Counted from the stretch's first letter, positions 50,766 to 61,833 are shown. The stretch: DNA of 64,000 nt from Candidatus Poribacteria bacterium (GCA_963663765.2 CAXXUA010000004.1:192001-256000), one strand, 5' to 3'. Notes: generated by a model not told the origin, from the letters alone. Program-made: numbers and translations.

Positions 50766-53700
50766 ATGGCAAATCACAACACCAATCAGATTTACCAGTC
50801 TATCATCAACAAGCTCAGTGCTGTCAGGAGAACCTGGCGTTGGTTGATCGTTACCGAAAACTGCCTCAAATGGATTAGTATACTTGCATTTGCTATGACG
50901 ATAGTGCTTCTGTGTTTTCAGATACCGCTACCACACTTTCTCAGAGGAAGTATAGTCGTTCTTGCATTTGGTTCTGCGTTATATTTCACATTTCGCATTC
51001 TTGTGCGTCCATTACTGCGTAAACTGACTTATACGTCAGTTGCTTCACATCTTGAAAAAGCTTATCCAAATATTGAAAATAGGATTCTGAGTACGGTTCA
51101 ACTCAAACCGATACTTGAAAACAATCCGTTAGGATACGCTCAGGATTTCGTTGAAATGCTGATCTCTCAAACACAAGACGATGTTGAAAAGATTGAATTG
51201 AAAAAGATTTTTCATAATGAATATGTCAAAATCAGAAAGTTTGCTGGTGTCGCTGCAGCTGCAGTTGGAATTTTGTTGCTAACTAATTTCCTATTACCAT
51301 CAGCGTTAAAGGGTTTCACAAATACAATAGATTCTTTACCCAAAACACCAATGGAAGGATTTTCTGCACAGATTGATGAAGTCAGGCCGGGAAATATCAA
51401 TGTAAAAGTAGGTGATGATGTCAACATTACCGCAAAGGTCAGTGGACATCTTGATGCTACTGTCTATGTTTACTATCGTTTGGCAGAAACGGACAAGACC
51501 GAAAATGATAATACAGAAAATATTCGTAAAAATGGTAAACATCTACCACATTTGCAAGATAGTAATTCATGGCAATCATTGTTAATGAACCGAGAACCGT
51601 CTGATATTCCATACAGTTCCACGCTTGAAAACATTGACCGATCACTGCAATATTATGTTTCAACTAAAGACATTGCATCTGATGTATTTCACATTACGGT
51701 AGTACATGAACCGATTGTAAAAACTTTTCAAATTGAGCTCAAATATCCAGCGTACACTCAACTCCCATCCCAAACGCTTGAAGCAAATACAGGAGACGCA
51801 GAAGTGCTTTATGGAACAGAAATTGAATTTAATGGAGAAAGCAATAAATCTCTATCGGAAGCACATTTGATTTTTGAAGGGACTGACCCAATACATCTCA
51901 ATATAGATGCTGAAACAAACTTCAATGGGAGTTTTGTAGCAAAAGAAGCCGGAACTTATCACATTCATATCCAAGATGTAGATGGTTTAGCCAATTCTGA
52001 TCCTCTCACTTATACAATTAATGTATTCAAAGATTCGCCTCCTCAAGTTGAGATTATTGAACCCGGTCGAGACATTGTGTTAGATAACGATATGCTGGTG
52101 AATTTGAAAGTTGAAGCAACCGATGATTACGGACTTCAGACTCTTCAGTTGGTTCACCGGATTCAAAAAGAGACTGCAAATGACAAAATTGTAACATTAA
52201 AGCAAGTACCTGCAACGACAACACCCCCGCAATCATCGCTTTTCATATCATATAGTTGGGATATTGACCCGATTGGACTATTCCCTGGTGAAACACTCTC
52301 CTATTATGTTCAGGCACTTGATACTGACGACGTTTCTGGTCCGAACATTGGTAAATCACGCACATTTACACTCCGTTTTCCAACGTTGGACGAATTGTAT
52401 GAAGACATTGCTGCAGAGCAGGAAACAGAACAACACAGTCTTGACGAACTCTTTGATGAACAGACAGAAGCAACAGGTATAGTTGACCAACTTCTTGAAA
52501 AGGTTCGGAAGTTCAAAGAGTTTTCGTTGACAGATAAGAAACTGATGCAACAGGTTGTCGCCTCGCAAAAAGAGATTGAACGTAAAGCCAATGAACTTAT
52601 AAACGAGATGGAACAGACAGCAACTGATATGGAGAAAAACCAACTCTTTGAACCTGAAACTATACAGAAATATCAAGAGTTACAAGAGTTGATGAAGGAA
52701 GCATTATCAGAAGAACATCAGGACCTCATGCAGAAATTGGCTGAAGCGATGGCTAAACAGCAATTGTCAGAACAAGAAAATGCGATGACTGAAGCTAATT
52801 TCAATCAGGAACAGTTCCAGCAACAAATTGAACGATTGAAATCGCTTTATGAACAACTCATTATGCAACAGAAGCTTGAAGCAGCAGCGAAACAAGCGAA
52901 GGAACTTGCTGAGCAACAGAAACAACTTGTTGATTCAATAGATCCATCTAATACTGAAGATCAATCTAATACTGAAAAAACAGAGGACACATCTGAATCA
53001 GGGACAACTGAATCTGCAAACAATGAACCCTCTGTAAAACCTGAACAAACACAAGAAGACCAGTCAAAGGGTATGTCCGATAAAACCGCGTTAAATGATG
53101 CTGCCCAAAAGGAACATCGAATCAAACAAGAATCTGAAAAACTCAGTAAGAAATTGGATACACTCAGTAACGAGATGACTGATATGGCAAAATCCCAGCA
53201 AAATGCTGCGGAGCAAGTCCAGAAAGTTGCTGATGAAATCAAGGAGTTAAATCAATATACCGAAGACCAGCAACTGAGCGAGAATCTTCAGAAAACAAGT
53301 GATAGTTTGCGCAATGACCAAAAACAACAAGCACAAGAAACTGGTAGACAAGCCGAGAAAACAATGCAAGATTTGGCACAAGGTTTAGACAACGCATTGG
53401 AGTTTATGCAGGGTTCTGGTGCTGAACAAGCATTAGCAGCGATGCAAGAAGCTGTCAAAAGTGGTTTGTATTTCTCACATCAACATGAAAAGGTTATCAA
53501 CAAGACAAGTGAACTGCTTATGTCAAGTACACAAGAGTATATTCCAAGTGAAATTAAACGGTTGCAGCAGCTTGCAGCAGAAGAGTTAAGTACATCTGAA
53601 GGACTATCGCAACTTGCAGAAAAACTTTGGGAACTCGGTAAGCAACAGATGCAGATTGATCCGAAGATCGTTTGGCGTTTGAATGCCTCCAGTGATGCAT

Positions 53701-54401
53701 TGAACCGTGCTGCCCGTGCCTTAGAAGATAGAGAAGCGAGTCTTGCTATTCCGATACAAAGACAAGGACTCGCTGACATCAATCAAGTCATTTTTGAGTT
53801 GCTCAATGCTATGGCACAAATGAATCAACAAATGGGTGCTGGTGGTTTGCAGAATATGCTTGAACAACTGCAACAGTTGGCACAAAGTCAAGAACAACTC
53901 AATGACATGGCACAGTCTCTTAGTAAGCAGATGCGTGAGGAAGGACGAACCCCAGGAATTCAACAACGGCTTGAGAGACTTGCTTCTCAACAGCAACTCA
54001 TCAGGGAAGCAACTGAAAGATTAGCAGAACTTGCTGAAAATGCATCAGAGATACTCGGAAATCTAAAGGACGTCGCATCGGAGATGGAGGAAGTTGAGAC
54101 AAAACTTGATGAAGGCACTCTGGATGATCAGGTAATTGAACAACAAGAACGTATTGTGACACGCATGCTCAATAGTCTGAAATCCCTTCAAAAACGCGAT
54201 GTCGGTAGACAACGTAAAGCAGAAGTTGCTAACAGACCTAACACACCACCTCAAGAAGTTCCACCATTACACCCTGAGTTATTGGAAGTTATCCGCAAGC
54301 TTGAGTCCACACCAAACGCGAAGGAATTGGAGAACATCCCTTTTCAATATCGTGAACAACTCAGACAATATTTCAAAGCGTTATCGCAAAAGACGCAATA
54401 G
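50766..54401 (+). CDS. DUF4175-like membrane-anchored Ig-fold plus long coiled-coil protein
   Basis: N-terminal TMs, YPAYTQL, D.PPQVEI, ATDDYGL, Gln-rich coiled coil, terminal PFQYREQLRQYFKAL. Confidence 0.8.
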   Translation: MANHNTNQIYQSIINKLSAVRRTWRWLIVTENCLKWISILAFAMTIVLLCFQIPLPHFLRGSIVVLAFGSALYFTFRILVRPLLRKLTYTSVASHLEKAYPNIENRILSTVQLKPILENNPLGYAQDFVEMLISQTQDDVEKIELKKIFHNEYVKIRKFAGVAAAAVGILLLTNFLLPSALKGFTNTIDSLPKTPMEGFSAQIDEVRPGNINVKVGDDVNITAKVSGHLDATVYVYYRLAETDKTENDNTENIRKNGKHLPHLQDSNSWQSLLMNREPSDIPYSSTLENIDRSLQYYVSTKDIASDVFHITVVHEPIVKTFQIELKYPAYTQLPSQTLEANTGDAEVLYGTEIEFNGESNKSLSEAHLIFEGTDPIHLNIDAETNFNGSFVAKEAGTYHIHIQDVDGLANSDPLTYTINVFKDSPPQVEIIEPGRDIVLDNDMLVNLKVEATDDYGLQTLQLVHRIQKETANDKIVTLKQVPATTTPPQSSLFISYSWDIDPIGLFPGETLSYYVQALDTDDVSGPNIGKSRTFTLRFPTLDELYEDIAAEQETEQHSLDELFDEQTEATGIVDQLLEKVRKFKEFSLTDKKLMQQVVASQKEIERKANELINEMEQTATDMEKNQLFEPETIQKYQELQELMKEALSEEHQDLMQKLAEAMAKQQLSEQENAMTEANFNQEQFQQQIERLKSLYEQLIMQQKLEAAAKQAKELAEQQKQLVDSIDPSNTEDQSNTEKTEDTSESGTTESANNEPSVKPEQTQEDQSKGMSDKTALNDAAQKEHRIKQESEKLSKKLDTLSNEMTDMAKSQQNAAEQVQKVADEIKELNQYTEDQQLSENLQKTSDSLRNDQKQQAQETGRQAEKTMQDLAQGLDNALEFMQGSGAEQALAAMQEAVKSGLYFSHQHEKVINKTSELLMSSTQEYIPSEIKRLQQLAAEELSTSEGLSQLAEKLWELGKQQMQIDPKIVWRLNASSDALNRAARALEDREASLAIPIQRQGLADINQVIFELLNAMAQMNQQMGAGGLQNMLEQLQQLAQSQEQLNDMAQSLSKQMREEGRTPGIQQRLERLASQQQLIREATERLAELAENASEILGNLKDVASEMEEVETKLDEGTLDDQVIEQQERIVTRMLNSLKSLQKRDVGRQRKAEVANRPNTPPQEVPPLHPELLEVIRKLESTPNAKELENIPFQYREQLRQYFKALSQKTQ

Positions 54402-54434
54402 GTTCAAATAAACGTCTCAGCCTGGAGTATTAAT

Positions 54435-56090
54435 TTGCTTCTCAGATATAAAATCGTTTTATTCCTCCTATTATTTGTTATTGCTTGTGTGAATACCTAT
54501 GCACTCTCCGATGCAGAGATAGAGATACTCATAGGAAGTATGTCTGTTGAAGAACGAGTCGGTCAACTTCTGATGTATGGTATAGGTGGAAGAGAAGTTG
54601 GTCCTATTCCGAAAGGACATATAACCAGACGTTTTGTAGGTGGTATTATTCTCTATGCTCGGAATATCCAAACGCCTCAACAGGTAGCAGCGTTAACGAC
54701 TGGACTTCAGCAGTTAGCCCAAGAGACACCTAATGGTATCCCACTTTTTATAGCAATAGACCAGGAAGGTGGAATCGTCAATAGAATGACAAAAGGTGCG
54801 ACTGTTCTACCCGGTAATCTCGCTTTAGGCGCAACCCGTTCCAAAGAATTAGCAGAAAAAGCAGGTGAAATCACTGCAATAGAATTATCCACAGTTGGTG
54901 TTAATCTCAATTTTGCTCCTGTTTTGGATGTGAATACCAATCCGCTGAATCCGGTTATTGGGGTTCGTGCTTTTGGAGAATCTCCTCAGCTTGTATCTCA
55001 ACTTGGCACAGCATATATTCGCGGACTACAAGAAAATGGTGTGCTTGCGACAGCAAAACACTTTCCTGGACACGGTGATACGCATGTAGACTCACACAAG
55101 AATTTGCCGATAGTTACCCATAATCTCAAACGAGTCAATTCTGTTGAATTAGTTCCATTTCAAGCTGCGATTGAAGCGGATGTCGCTGCGATAATGTCTG
55201 CTCATATCCTATATCCCTCACTTGACACTGAGTATCCAGCAACGCTTTCATATAAAATACTGACTACTATCCTTCGTCGCAAACTCGGTTATGACGGTTT
55301 AATAATCACTGATGACATTGAAATGCAAGCGATTGATGCTAAGTATGATACGGGTGATGCGGCTGTCATGGCGATACAAGCTGGAGCAGATATTGTGATT
55401 ATCCCATGGACGTTGAAAAAGCAGCAACGTGCATACAATTCACTGCGACAAGCAGTTCAGACAAGAAAAATCACTGAAACACGTCTTAATGAATCTGTGC
55501 GGCGTATTCTCAAGACCAAAGTTTCTTGTGGTGCATTTGAGAAACCTTATGTACATATAGAAAACCCAAATGCCATAAACTCTCCTCTGACAAAGGTAGG
55601 CAGTGCGAAACACAGAGAAGTCGCACAAACAATAGCGAAACGAGCAATTACTCTTGTCAAAAGCACCCCCGGAATTCTTCCATTGAAGTCAGAACCTAAA
55701 GAACCCGTTCTTCTAATTAGTCCTTCCCGTGAATTCTCAAACACCTTCCTCAAAGCACATACAGATATTACTAATATCACCCCCGTACTGATTCCATTTC
55801 AAGTGAATCAAAAACTATTATTGCCACAGATGCTGCTATCAAAACCTTCACTGATAGTGGCAGGAATTGTGAATGCACAACAAGCAAACCTTGTTCACCA
55901 AATTAGCAAAAAGACAGATGTTCCGATCATCGTTATATCACTTAGGTCTCCTTATCTTCTGGGTAAGTGTCCTGATGTTGCTTGTTCGATTGCTGCTTAT
56001 GATGACAATTATTATTCTGTTCTCGCTGCTGTTGAGGTCTTACTTGGTAAACGAGAAGCAGTTGGTAAGTTGCCAGTTACAATTCCATGA
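54435..56090 (+). CDS. nagZ: GH3 beta-N-acetylhexosaminidase
   Basis: IAIDQEGG, NFAPVLDVN, KHFPGHGDTHVDSH, IITDDIEM; signal peptide. Confidence 0.88.
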   Translation: MLLRYKIVLFLLLFVIACVNTYALSDAEIEILIGSMSVEERVGQLLMYGIGGREVGPIPKGHITRRFVGGIILYARNIQTPQQVAALTTGLQQLAQETPNGIPLFIAIDQEGGIVNRMTKGATVLPGNLALGATRSKELAEKAGEITAIELSTVGVNLNFAPVLDVNTNPLNPVIGVRAFGESPQLVSQLGTAYIRGLQENGVLATAKHFPGHGDTHVDSHKNLPIVTHNLKRVNSVELVPFQAAIEADVAAIMSAHILYPSLDTEYPATLSYKILTTILRRKLGYDGLIITDDIEMQAIDAKYDTGDAAVMAIQAGADIVIIPWTLKKQQRAYNSLRQAVQTRKITETRLNESVRRILKTKVSCGAFEKPYVHIENPNAINSPLTKVGSAKHREVAQTIAKRAITLVKSTPGILPLKSEPKEPVLLISPSREFSNTFLKAHTDITNITPVLIPFQVNQKLLLPQMLLSKPSLIVAGIVNAQQANLVHQISKKTDVPIIVISLRSPYLLGKCPDVACSIAAYDDNYYSVLAAVEVLLGKREAVGKLPVTIP

Positions 56091-56306
56091 ATTTTTTGGT
56101 TAAACCTTGTTTTTTGCATCTTTCATTAGAATTATATTTTGATTGAATCGCGTGTTGTCCTATTCGCAGATTACGATGATAAGTCCCCTACTGAAAATGT
56201 CTTATTTCGGTTTAGTGTTATCTTAAACACTGCAATTTAATGCTTGTGTCTTCTCCGCGTAATTCACGATTCTGACAGCAATAAACTTTACTCACCCGTC
56301 AACGAC

Positions 56307-57610
56307 GGGTGTGTAAAGTTTTTGTAGAAACACTGATATTAAAAGAAGTCCATCAAGTTTCTATCAAAGCTTGCTTGACGTTAGGGAACTGTGGACATCG
56401 TAGGGCCGAGGTTTCCTCGCCTGTGTAAAATTTCTGATCGAGCGGTGAAACCCCGCCCCATAGGCGTCAATTTAAGGATTTTGACCTCTTGTGGGAGGGG
56501 TTTTCAACCCCGATTATAGTAAAAGATATAATTATTTGGACAATTTGAGCATCAAACTTTATGATGATTAATTTATTAATTCGGTAATAAATTTTTCTCA
56601 CATTGTAGGCGTGCTTTGTAAGCGCGCTGTTGAGACTTGATGTGCCAGCGCGCTTACAAAGCACGCCTACCATCGGGGCGCGCTTACAAAGCACGACTAC
56701 CTTGAGTGTGAATGAAAACGGCGCGCTTACAAAGCACGCCTACCTTGAGTGTGAATGAAAACGGCGCGCTTACAAAGCACGCCTGCAAGACGGATAAGAG
56801 AGGCGCGCTTACAAAGCACGCCTGCAAGACGGATAAGAGAGGCGCGCTTACAAAGCACGCCTACCATCGGTGCGCGCTTACAAAGCACGCCTACCATCGG
56901 TGAGCGCGCTCACAAAGCACGCCTACCTTGAGTGTGAATGAAAACGGCGCGCTTACAAAGCACGACTACCATCGGGGCGCGCTTACAAAGCACGCCTGAA
57001 AGAGGGATAAGAGGGGCGCGCTTACAAAGCACGACTACCTTGAGTGAGAATGAAAACGGCGCGCTTACAAAGCACGCCTGCAGGTGGGGGGCGCGCTTAC
57101 AAAGCACGCCTGCAGGTGGGGGGCGCGCTTACAAAGCACGCCTGCAAGAGGGATAAGAGGGGCGCGCTTACAAAGCACGCCTACCTTGAGTGAGAATGAA
57201 AACGGCGCGCTTACAAAGCACGCCTACCTTGAGTGTGAATGAAAACGGCGCGCTTACAAAGCACGCCTGCAAGACGGATAAGAGGGGCGCGCTTACAAAG
57301 CACCATTGGCGTCAATTTAAGAAAATATTGTTGTCATTTTTCTTGTGGGAGGGTTTTTCAACCTCGATTTGAGAGGAAAAGCGCATAAATTCGGGGTTGA
57401 AAACACCTCCCACAATACGTGAAAATCCTTAAATTGACGCTTATGGGGCGTGGCAACCACGCCCCTACGAATACACAAAATACACAACTTGAACGTCAAA
57501 ACTCATTAGGGCTTTGTGCCCCGCAATCTCTCATTTAATCAGTTGGGGCGGGCACAGAGTCCCGCCCTACAATGAAGAATGAGTAGTTTTTGCAAAAATT
57601 TTACACACCC
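56307..57610. mobile_element. Composite MITE D-bounded element containing MITE E ends and a REP array
   Basis: GGGTGTGTAAAGTT...AATTTTACACACCC ends; flanks GTCAACGAC/ATCAATGAC (7/9 match). Confidence 0.7.
56604..57304. repeat. REP array: ~18 direct plus 1 inverted GGCGCGCTTACAAAGCACGCCT with four recurring spacer types
   Basis: Direct count; hairpin repeat reading GTAGGCGTGCTTTGTAAGCGCG on the minus strand; spacers reused. Confidence 0.92.
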
Positions 57611-57626
57611 ATCAATGACATTTTGG

Positions 57627-57655
57627 TTGACAAAATGTGAATATGATGGTAGTAT
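57627..57655 (+). promoter_or_regulatory. Sigma70-like promoter of dgoD
   Basis: TTGACA-N17-TAGTAT with upstream TG. Confidence 0.65.
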
Positions 57656-57694
57656 AAATCGGTTCATGTATAATAATTGCCGAAGGAAACTTGT

Positions 57695-58798
57695 ATGAAA
57701 ATCACGAAGTTAGAGACATTTCTTGTTAAACCACGTTGGCTTTTTTTGAAGATCCACACGGATGAGGGTTTGGTGGGTCTGGGTGAACCCATATTGGAGG
57801 GTCGTGCAAAGACATGTGCGCAAGCGGTTGATGAACTTGGTTCTTACCTGATTGGAGAGGATCCGAGACGTGTTGTGCATCATTGGCAGGCGATGTATCG
57901 ACATGCTTTTTACCGTGGCGGTCCTATCCTCACAAGTGCTTTGAGCGGGATTGAACAAGCACTGTGGGATATAGCAGGAAAGTCATTGGACGTTCCAGTT
58001 TATCAACTTTTTGGGGGACCAACGCGTGATCGTATTCGTTTGTATAAGGGTGGTGGTGATCCGAAAGGTATTCGTGAGTGGATTGACAAAGGTTTCACGG
58101 CATTTAAGACAGGTGTTGCGGGTGGGAGACCTGCGCGTATCATTGAAAACATGGCATTTATTGATAAAGCAGTGGAACACTTTGCAGCATTACGTGAAGC
58201 TGCAGGTCCTGAAGTAGATTTAGCAATAGACTTCCATGGCGCTATCAGTCCACAAACAGCAAAAGTGTTGATAAAGGCGTTGGAACCGTATCAACCGATG
58301 TTCATTGAGGAACCGGTTCAGTGTCAAAATGTGGATACGCTTGCTGAAATCGCTCGGAGTACACATTTACCGATTGCGACAGGAGAACGGATTTTCACGA
58401 AATGGGGTTTTCGTGAGATACTGGAGAAACAGGCTGCATCTATTCTGCAACCGGATTTATGTCATGCGGGTGGTATCAATGAGGTGCGTATTATTGCGGG
58501 TATGGCGGAGGCTTATTATGGCGGTATTGCACCACATAATCCGTTAGGACCGATTTCGTTGGCTGCTTGTATTCAGTTAGATGCTTCTATTCCGAACTTT
58601 GTGATGCAGGAGCATACAACTTTGGGTGAAGGTTATCTTAAAAATCCGTTTGTTTTCAAAGATGGTTTTCTGGAGCTGCCTACAGGACCTGGTTTGGGGA
58701 TTGAACTTGATGAAGATGCGCTTGAAGATAAGATTGATCACGATTGGCAAAATCCGAGGTCGTTCCATCCGGATGATGGTTCTGTTGTTGATTGGTAA
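57695..58798 (+). CDS. dgoD: Galactonate dehydratase (mandelate racemase/enolase superfamily)
   Basis: MKITKLETFLVKPRWLFLKIHTDEG, FYRGGPILTSALSGIEQALWDI, DFHG, FIEEP, APHNPLGP, DDGSVVDW. Confidence 0.92.
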   Translation: MKITKLETFLVKPRWLFLKIHTDEGLVGLGEPILEGRAKTCAQAVDELGSYLIGEDPRRVVHHWQAMYRHAFYRGGPILTSALSGIEQALWDIAGKSLDVPVYQLFGGPTRDRIRLYKGGGDPKGIREWIDKGFTAFKTGVAGGRPARIIENMAFIDKAVEHFAALREAAGPEVDLAIDFHGAISPQTAKVLIKALEPYQPMFIEEPVQCQNVDTLAEIARSTHLPIATGERIFTKWGFREILEKQAASILQPDLCHAGGINEVRIIAGMAEAYYGGIAPHNPLGPISLAACIQLDASIPNFVMQEHTTLGEGYLKNPFVFKDGFLELPTGPGLGIELDEDALEDKIDHDWQNPRSFHPDDGSVVDW

Positions 58799-58846
58799 GT
58801 AGTAGGTCTGTTGTGAATGATACATAATTAAAAAATTGATTTTATA

Positions 58847-58968
58847 CAGGATTTACGCAGTTTTCTTGATTTAATCATGAATTATGATGAAAATGATGGA
58901 ATTATCAGCATTTTTTCAGATTTCCAGCGCGCTTACAAAGCACGCCTACCGTTTTTGCGTAAGTCCTG
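58847..58968. mobile_element. MITE A copy
   Basis: TIRs (one mismatch); TSD TTATA. Confidence 0.85.
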
Positions 58969-58991
58969 TTATATAAACGAATGGGAAATGT

Positions 58992-59792
58992 ATGAAATTT
59001 ATAATGTTTACGAAACACTTACAGGGGTTGGAAATACCAGAAATCATTGATGCGTTACATTCTGTAGGAGTGGAAGGTGCAGACCTTTGTGTACGCCCCG
59101 GTTATCCTGTGAATCCTGAGAATGCAGTGAAAGAATTACCTGCTGCAGCGAAACAGTTTTCGGATGCGAATTTGTCAATTCCGCTTGTGACTACACCTGG
59201 AGATTTCTTAGATCCTACAACCGAAGACGCATTGCGTATTTATTCAGCTGCGGGTGAAGCAGGTGTTGAAAATATCAAATTGGGTTATTGGCACTGGCAT
59301 GCAAATAATGGCGGCTATTGGTCTCAGGTTGATACGATACGCAAACAACTTGAGGGATTTGCACAGTTATCTGAGAAACACGGACCGAGAACTTGCATCC
59401 ACAATCATTCTGGGACATCCATGGGTTTGAATTCGTGTGCTGTGATGAATCTTGTGAAGGGATTTGATCCTCGTCATGTGGGGGTATTTTCGGATACGGG
59501 ACATCTATCAATCGTTGGTGAACCGATAAATATGGCACTTGATATTGTGAGTTCACACCTTGCTGTGATTGCGTTCAAAGACCTTGCGCGTTCGCCTGGT
59601 ATGCGTAGTGGTAAGGTTGTTCGTATGGGGAAAGGTTTTGTGGATTGGGAGACAACACTTGACACGCTTAAAACGATGGAATATTCTGGTTCAGTTACTT
59701 TTCATAGTGAATATAGCGGTGAACCGGTTGAGAGTGTGATTGATCTTGCACGTGTTGATGTGCGATTTATTAGAAGTTTGATGAACAAGTAA
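58992..59792 (+). CDS. Sugar phosphate isomerase/epimerase (xylose isomerase-like TIM barrel)
   Basis: HNHSG, DTGH, KD, GKGFVDW, HSEY. Confidence 0.85.
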   Translation: MKFIMFTKHLQGLEIPEIIDALHSVGVEGADLCVRPGYPVNPENAVKELPAAAKQFSDANLSIPLVTTPGDFLDPTTEDALRIYSAAGEAGVENIKLGYWHWHANNGGYWSQVDTIRKQLEGFAQLSEKHGPRTCIHNHSGTSMGLNSCAVMNLVKGFDPRHVGVFSDTGHLSIVGEPINMALDIVSSHLAVIAFKDLARSPGMRSGKVVRMGKGFVDWETTLDTLKTMEYSGSVTFHSEYSGEPVESVIDLARVDVRFIRSLMNK

Positions 59793-59801
59793 GGAGATAG
59801 C

Positions 59802-60617
59802 ATGGGAGAATTTCAGTTAGGGTTGAATACAAGTACGATCCGTCCTGCAGCTTTGATGGACAAGATTCGGATTGCGGGAGAGACGGGTTATACAGCAATT
59901 GAGTTATGGAATAACGATCTGTCTGACTTTGAGGAGCAGGGGGGTTCACTGTCTGATGTAAAAAAAGCATTGGATGATCAGGGGCTTTCTGTGCCGACCG
60001 TTATTGCCTTGCATGGATGGCTAAATGCAACTGGGACTGATCTTCAAAATGCATTGGAGGATGCAAAGAAACGGATGGCACAAGCAGCTGCAGTCGGTTC
60101 GACCTATATTATTTCAAGTCCGCCGCGTGAGGTTGCTGACCTGCAATTAGGGGGTGAGAACTACCGGAAACTGCTTGAGTTAGGTCGTGAGTTCGGTGTT
60201 AAACCTGCGATGGAATTCCTCGGGTTTGTTGATGGAGTAAATCAGGTGAGACATGCGTTGGAGGTTATGGAGGTTGCCGACCATCCGGATAGCACGATTG
60301 TGCTTGATCCGTTCCACATCTACCGTGGGGGTGGAGAAATAGAGAATATAGAGGGTATCTCTGGCGATAAAATCGCAGTGTTCCATTTCAACGATGCCCC
60401 TGCTGAACCTTCACGGGCAGAACAGACTGATGCAGATAGGGTTTATCCAGGTGATGGTATCCTTGACTTGAAACGGATGATCTCTATATTGAAAGATGCT
60501 GATTTTTCGGGTGTTATCTCGTTGGAGTTATTCAATCCGAATTATTGGGAACAAGATCCGGTAGAGGTAGCGCGAATTGGATTGGAAAAGATGAAAACCG
60601 TGTTAGACAATTCTTGA
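59802..60617 (+). CDS. Sugar phosphate isomerase/epimerase (IolI-like TIM barrel)
   Basis: MEFLG, LDPFHIYRG, HFNDAP, RVYPGDG, SLELFN. Confidence 0.88.
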   Translation: MGEFQLGLNTSTIRPAALMDKIRIAGETGYTAIELWNNDLSDFEEQGGSLSDVKKALDDQGLSVPTVIALHGWLNATGTDLQNALEDAKKRMAQAAAVGSTYIISSPPREVADLQLGGENYRKLLELGREFGVKPAMEFLGFVDGVNQVRHALEVMEVADHPDSTIVLDPFHIYRGGGEIENIEGISGDKIAVFHFNDAPAEPSRAEQTDADRVYPGDGILDLKRMISILKDADFSGVISLELFNPNYWEQDPVEVARIGLEKMKTVLDNS

Positions 60618-60867
60618 TAATTTTAGTTTTATGTCGTTATATAACGACATAAAGTATTGAATTACAAATTTTGTGTTTCACTTGAGTTTTATGTTAAAAT
60701 ATGTCTCTTGTAATATATGCTAAAGATCTATGCAAAAGCGTTTTAGATTTTATTATAAAGAAACCGTCGGTAAATAATTCGAACCCGCACTCTGTTTTCC
60801 GTTGATTGAAGTTATATATAAAACAATAACTCTAAAATTTATTGACCAGTCTTCAATTAGGAGCAAA

Positions 60868-61833
60868 ATGGCAAGTTTTGACACTACGTCAAAGAAACAG
60901 ATTGAAACAAATCCTCAAGACTTTGTCCACCTTTGCTTCGGTTTTGAAACAACCGACATCACAGTACTGGAGCTTATAACCCCAGAACAACCTACTGTTG
61001 AAATGCACCAGGCGGATTCACTTATCAAAGCGGTGTACAACGGTAAAGAGGTTCTTGTACACTTTGAATTTCAAACTACCGATAGTTATGATCTGGAGAT
61101 GCCCCTTCGGATGGCTGGTTATATCATCAGATCGATTGAAGCATATCGTTTACCAGTTTATTCTAATGTGATTTACCTACGTCCAGATGCTGGCAAAAAC
61201 GATCCCGGTAAATATGTGCAAAATATTGAACATCATAACATCGCAATAGAATATCAAGTCTTCCGACTTATTGATCTTGATGGACAACAGGTACTTGATT
61301 CGAAACTTATAGGATTGGTACCGTTTACTCCGCTGATGGGACATAAAAAAGATGTAGATGCTGACCAATGGCTTCGGCGTTGTATACAAGTTGCTGATAG
61401 CATTGATGTGCCTAACAAGGCAGCATATCTTGGAAGTATGGCAATTTTGGGTAATATAATTTATGATTCAAAAACAATATTGGAAATTATATCGGAGGAA
61501 ACCATGCAACAACCAACCATTGTAGAATACGTGGCACCCCAGGCTCGCGAACAAGGATTCCAAGATGGCGTTGAACAAGGTATTGAACAAGGTATTGAAC
61601 AAGGTATTGAACAAGGTATTGAACAAGGTATTGAACAAGGTATCCAAGAAGGTACACGCAAACATATCCTTGAGATTTTAACGCTTCAATTGGGAGATGC
61701 GACCGCACTGAAATTTAAGGCATCCATAGAGTCAATCGATGATTCACATCGGCTTGAGATGTTATTTCGTGCTGCACTCCAGGCAAAACACGAAGAAGAA
61801 TTCAGACAAGTTATGAATGAAACCAGTGAATAG
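60868..61833 (+). CDS. Rpn family recombination-promoting nuclease / putative transposase (PD-(D/E)XK)
   Basis: ADSLI...LVHFEFQT...MPLRMAGY core; C-terminal (EQGI)6 repeat and DUF4351-like tail; AGGAG RBS. Confidence 0.88.
   Translation: MASFDTTSKKQIETNPQDFVHLCFGFETTDITVLELITPEQPTVEMHQADSLIKAVYNGKEVLVHFEFQTTDSYDLEMPLRMAGYIIRSIEAYRLPVYSNVIYLRPDAGKNDPGKYVQNIEHHNIAIEYQVFRLIDLDGQQVLDSKLIGLVPFTPLMGHKKDVDADQWLRRCIQVADSIDVPNKAAYLGSMAILGNIIYDSKTILEIISEETMQQPTIVEYVAPQAREQGFQDGVEQGIEQGIEQGIEQGIEQGIEQGIQEGTRKHILEILTLQLGDATALKFKASIESIDDSHRLEMLFRAALQAKHEEEFRQVMNETSE

Noticed and set aside
56604-57304. CRISPR array
   Set aside because: Spacers are short (9-21 bp) and reused, the repeat is a dispersed GTAG-type REP also found inside MITE A, and no cas genes are in the window
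56712-57499. Short ORFs (MKTARLQST..., and the 57317-57499 / 12221-12427 look-alikes)
   Set aside because: Products of REP and MITE E sequence; the similarity reflects the DNA repeat
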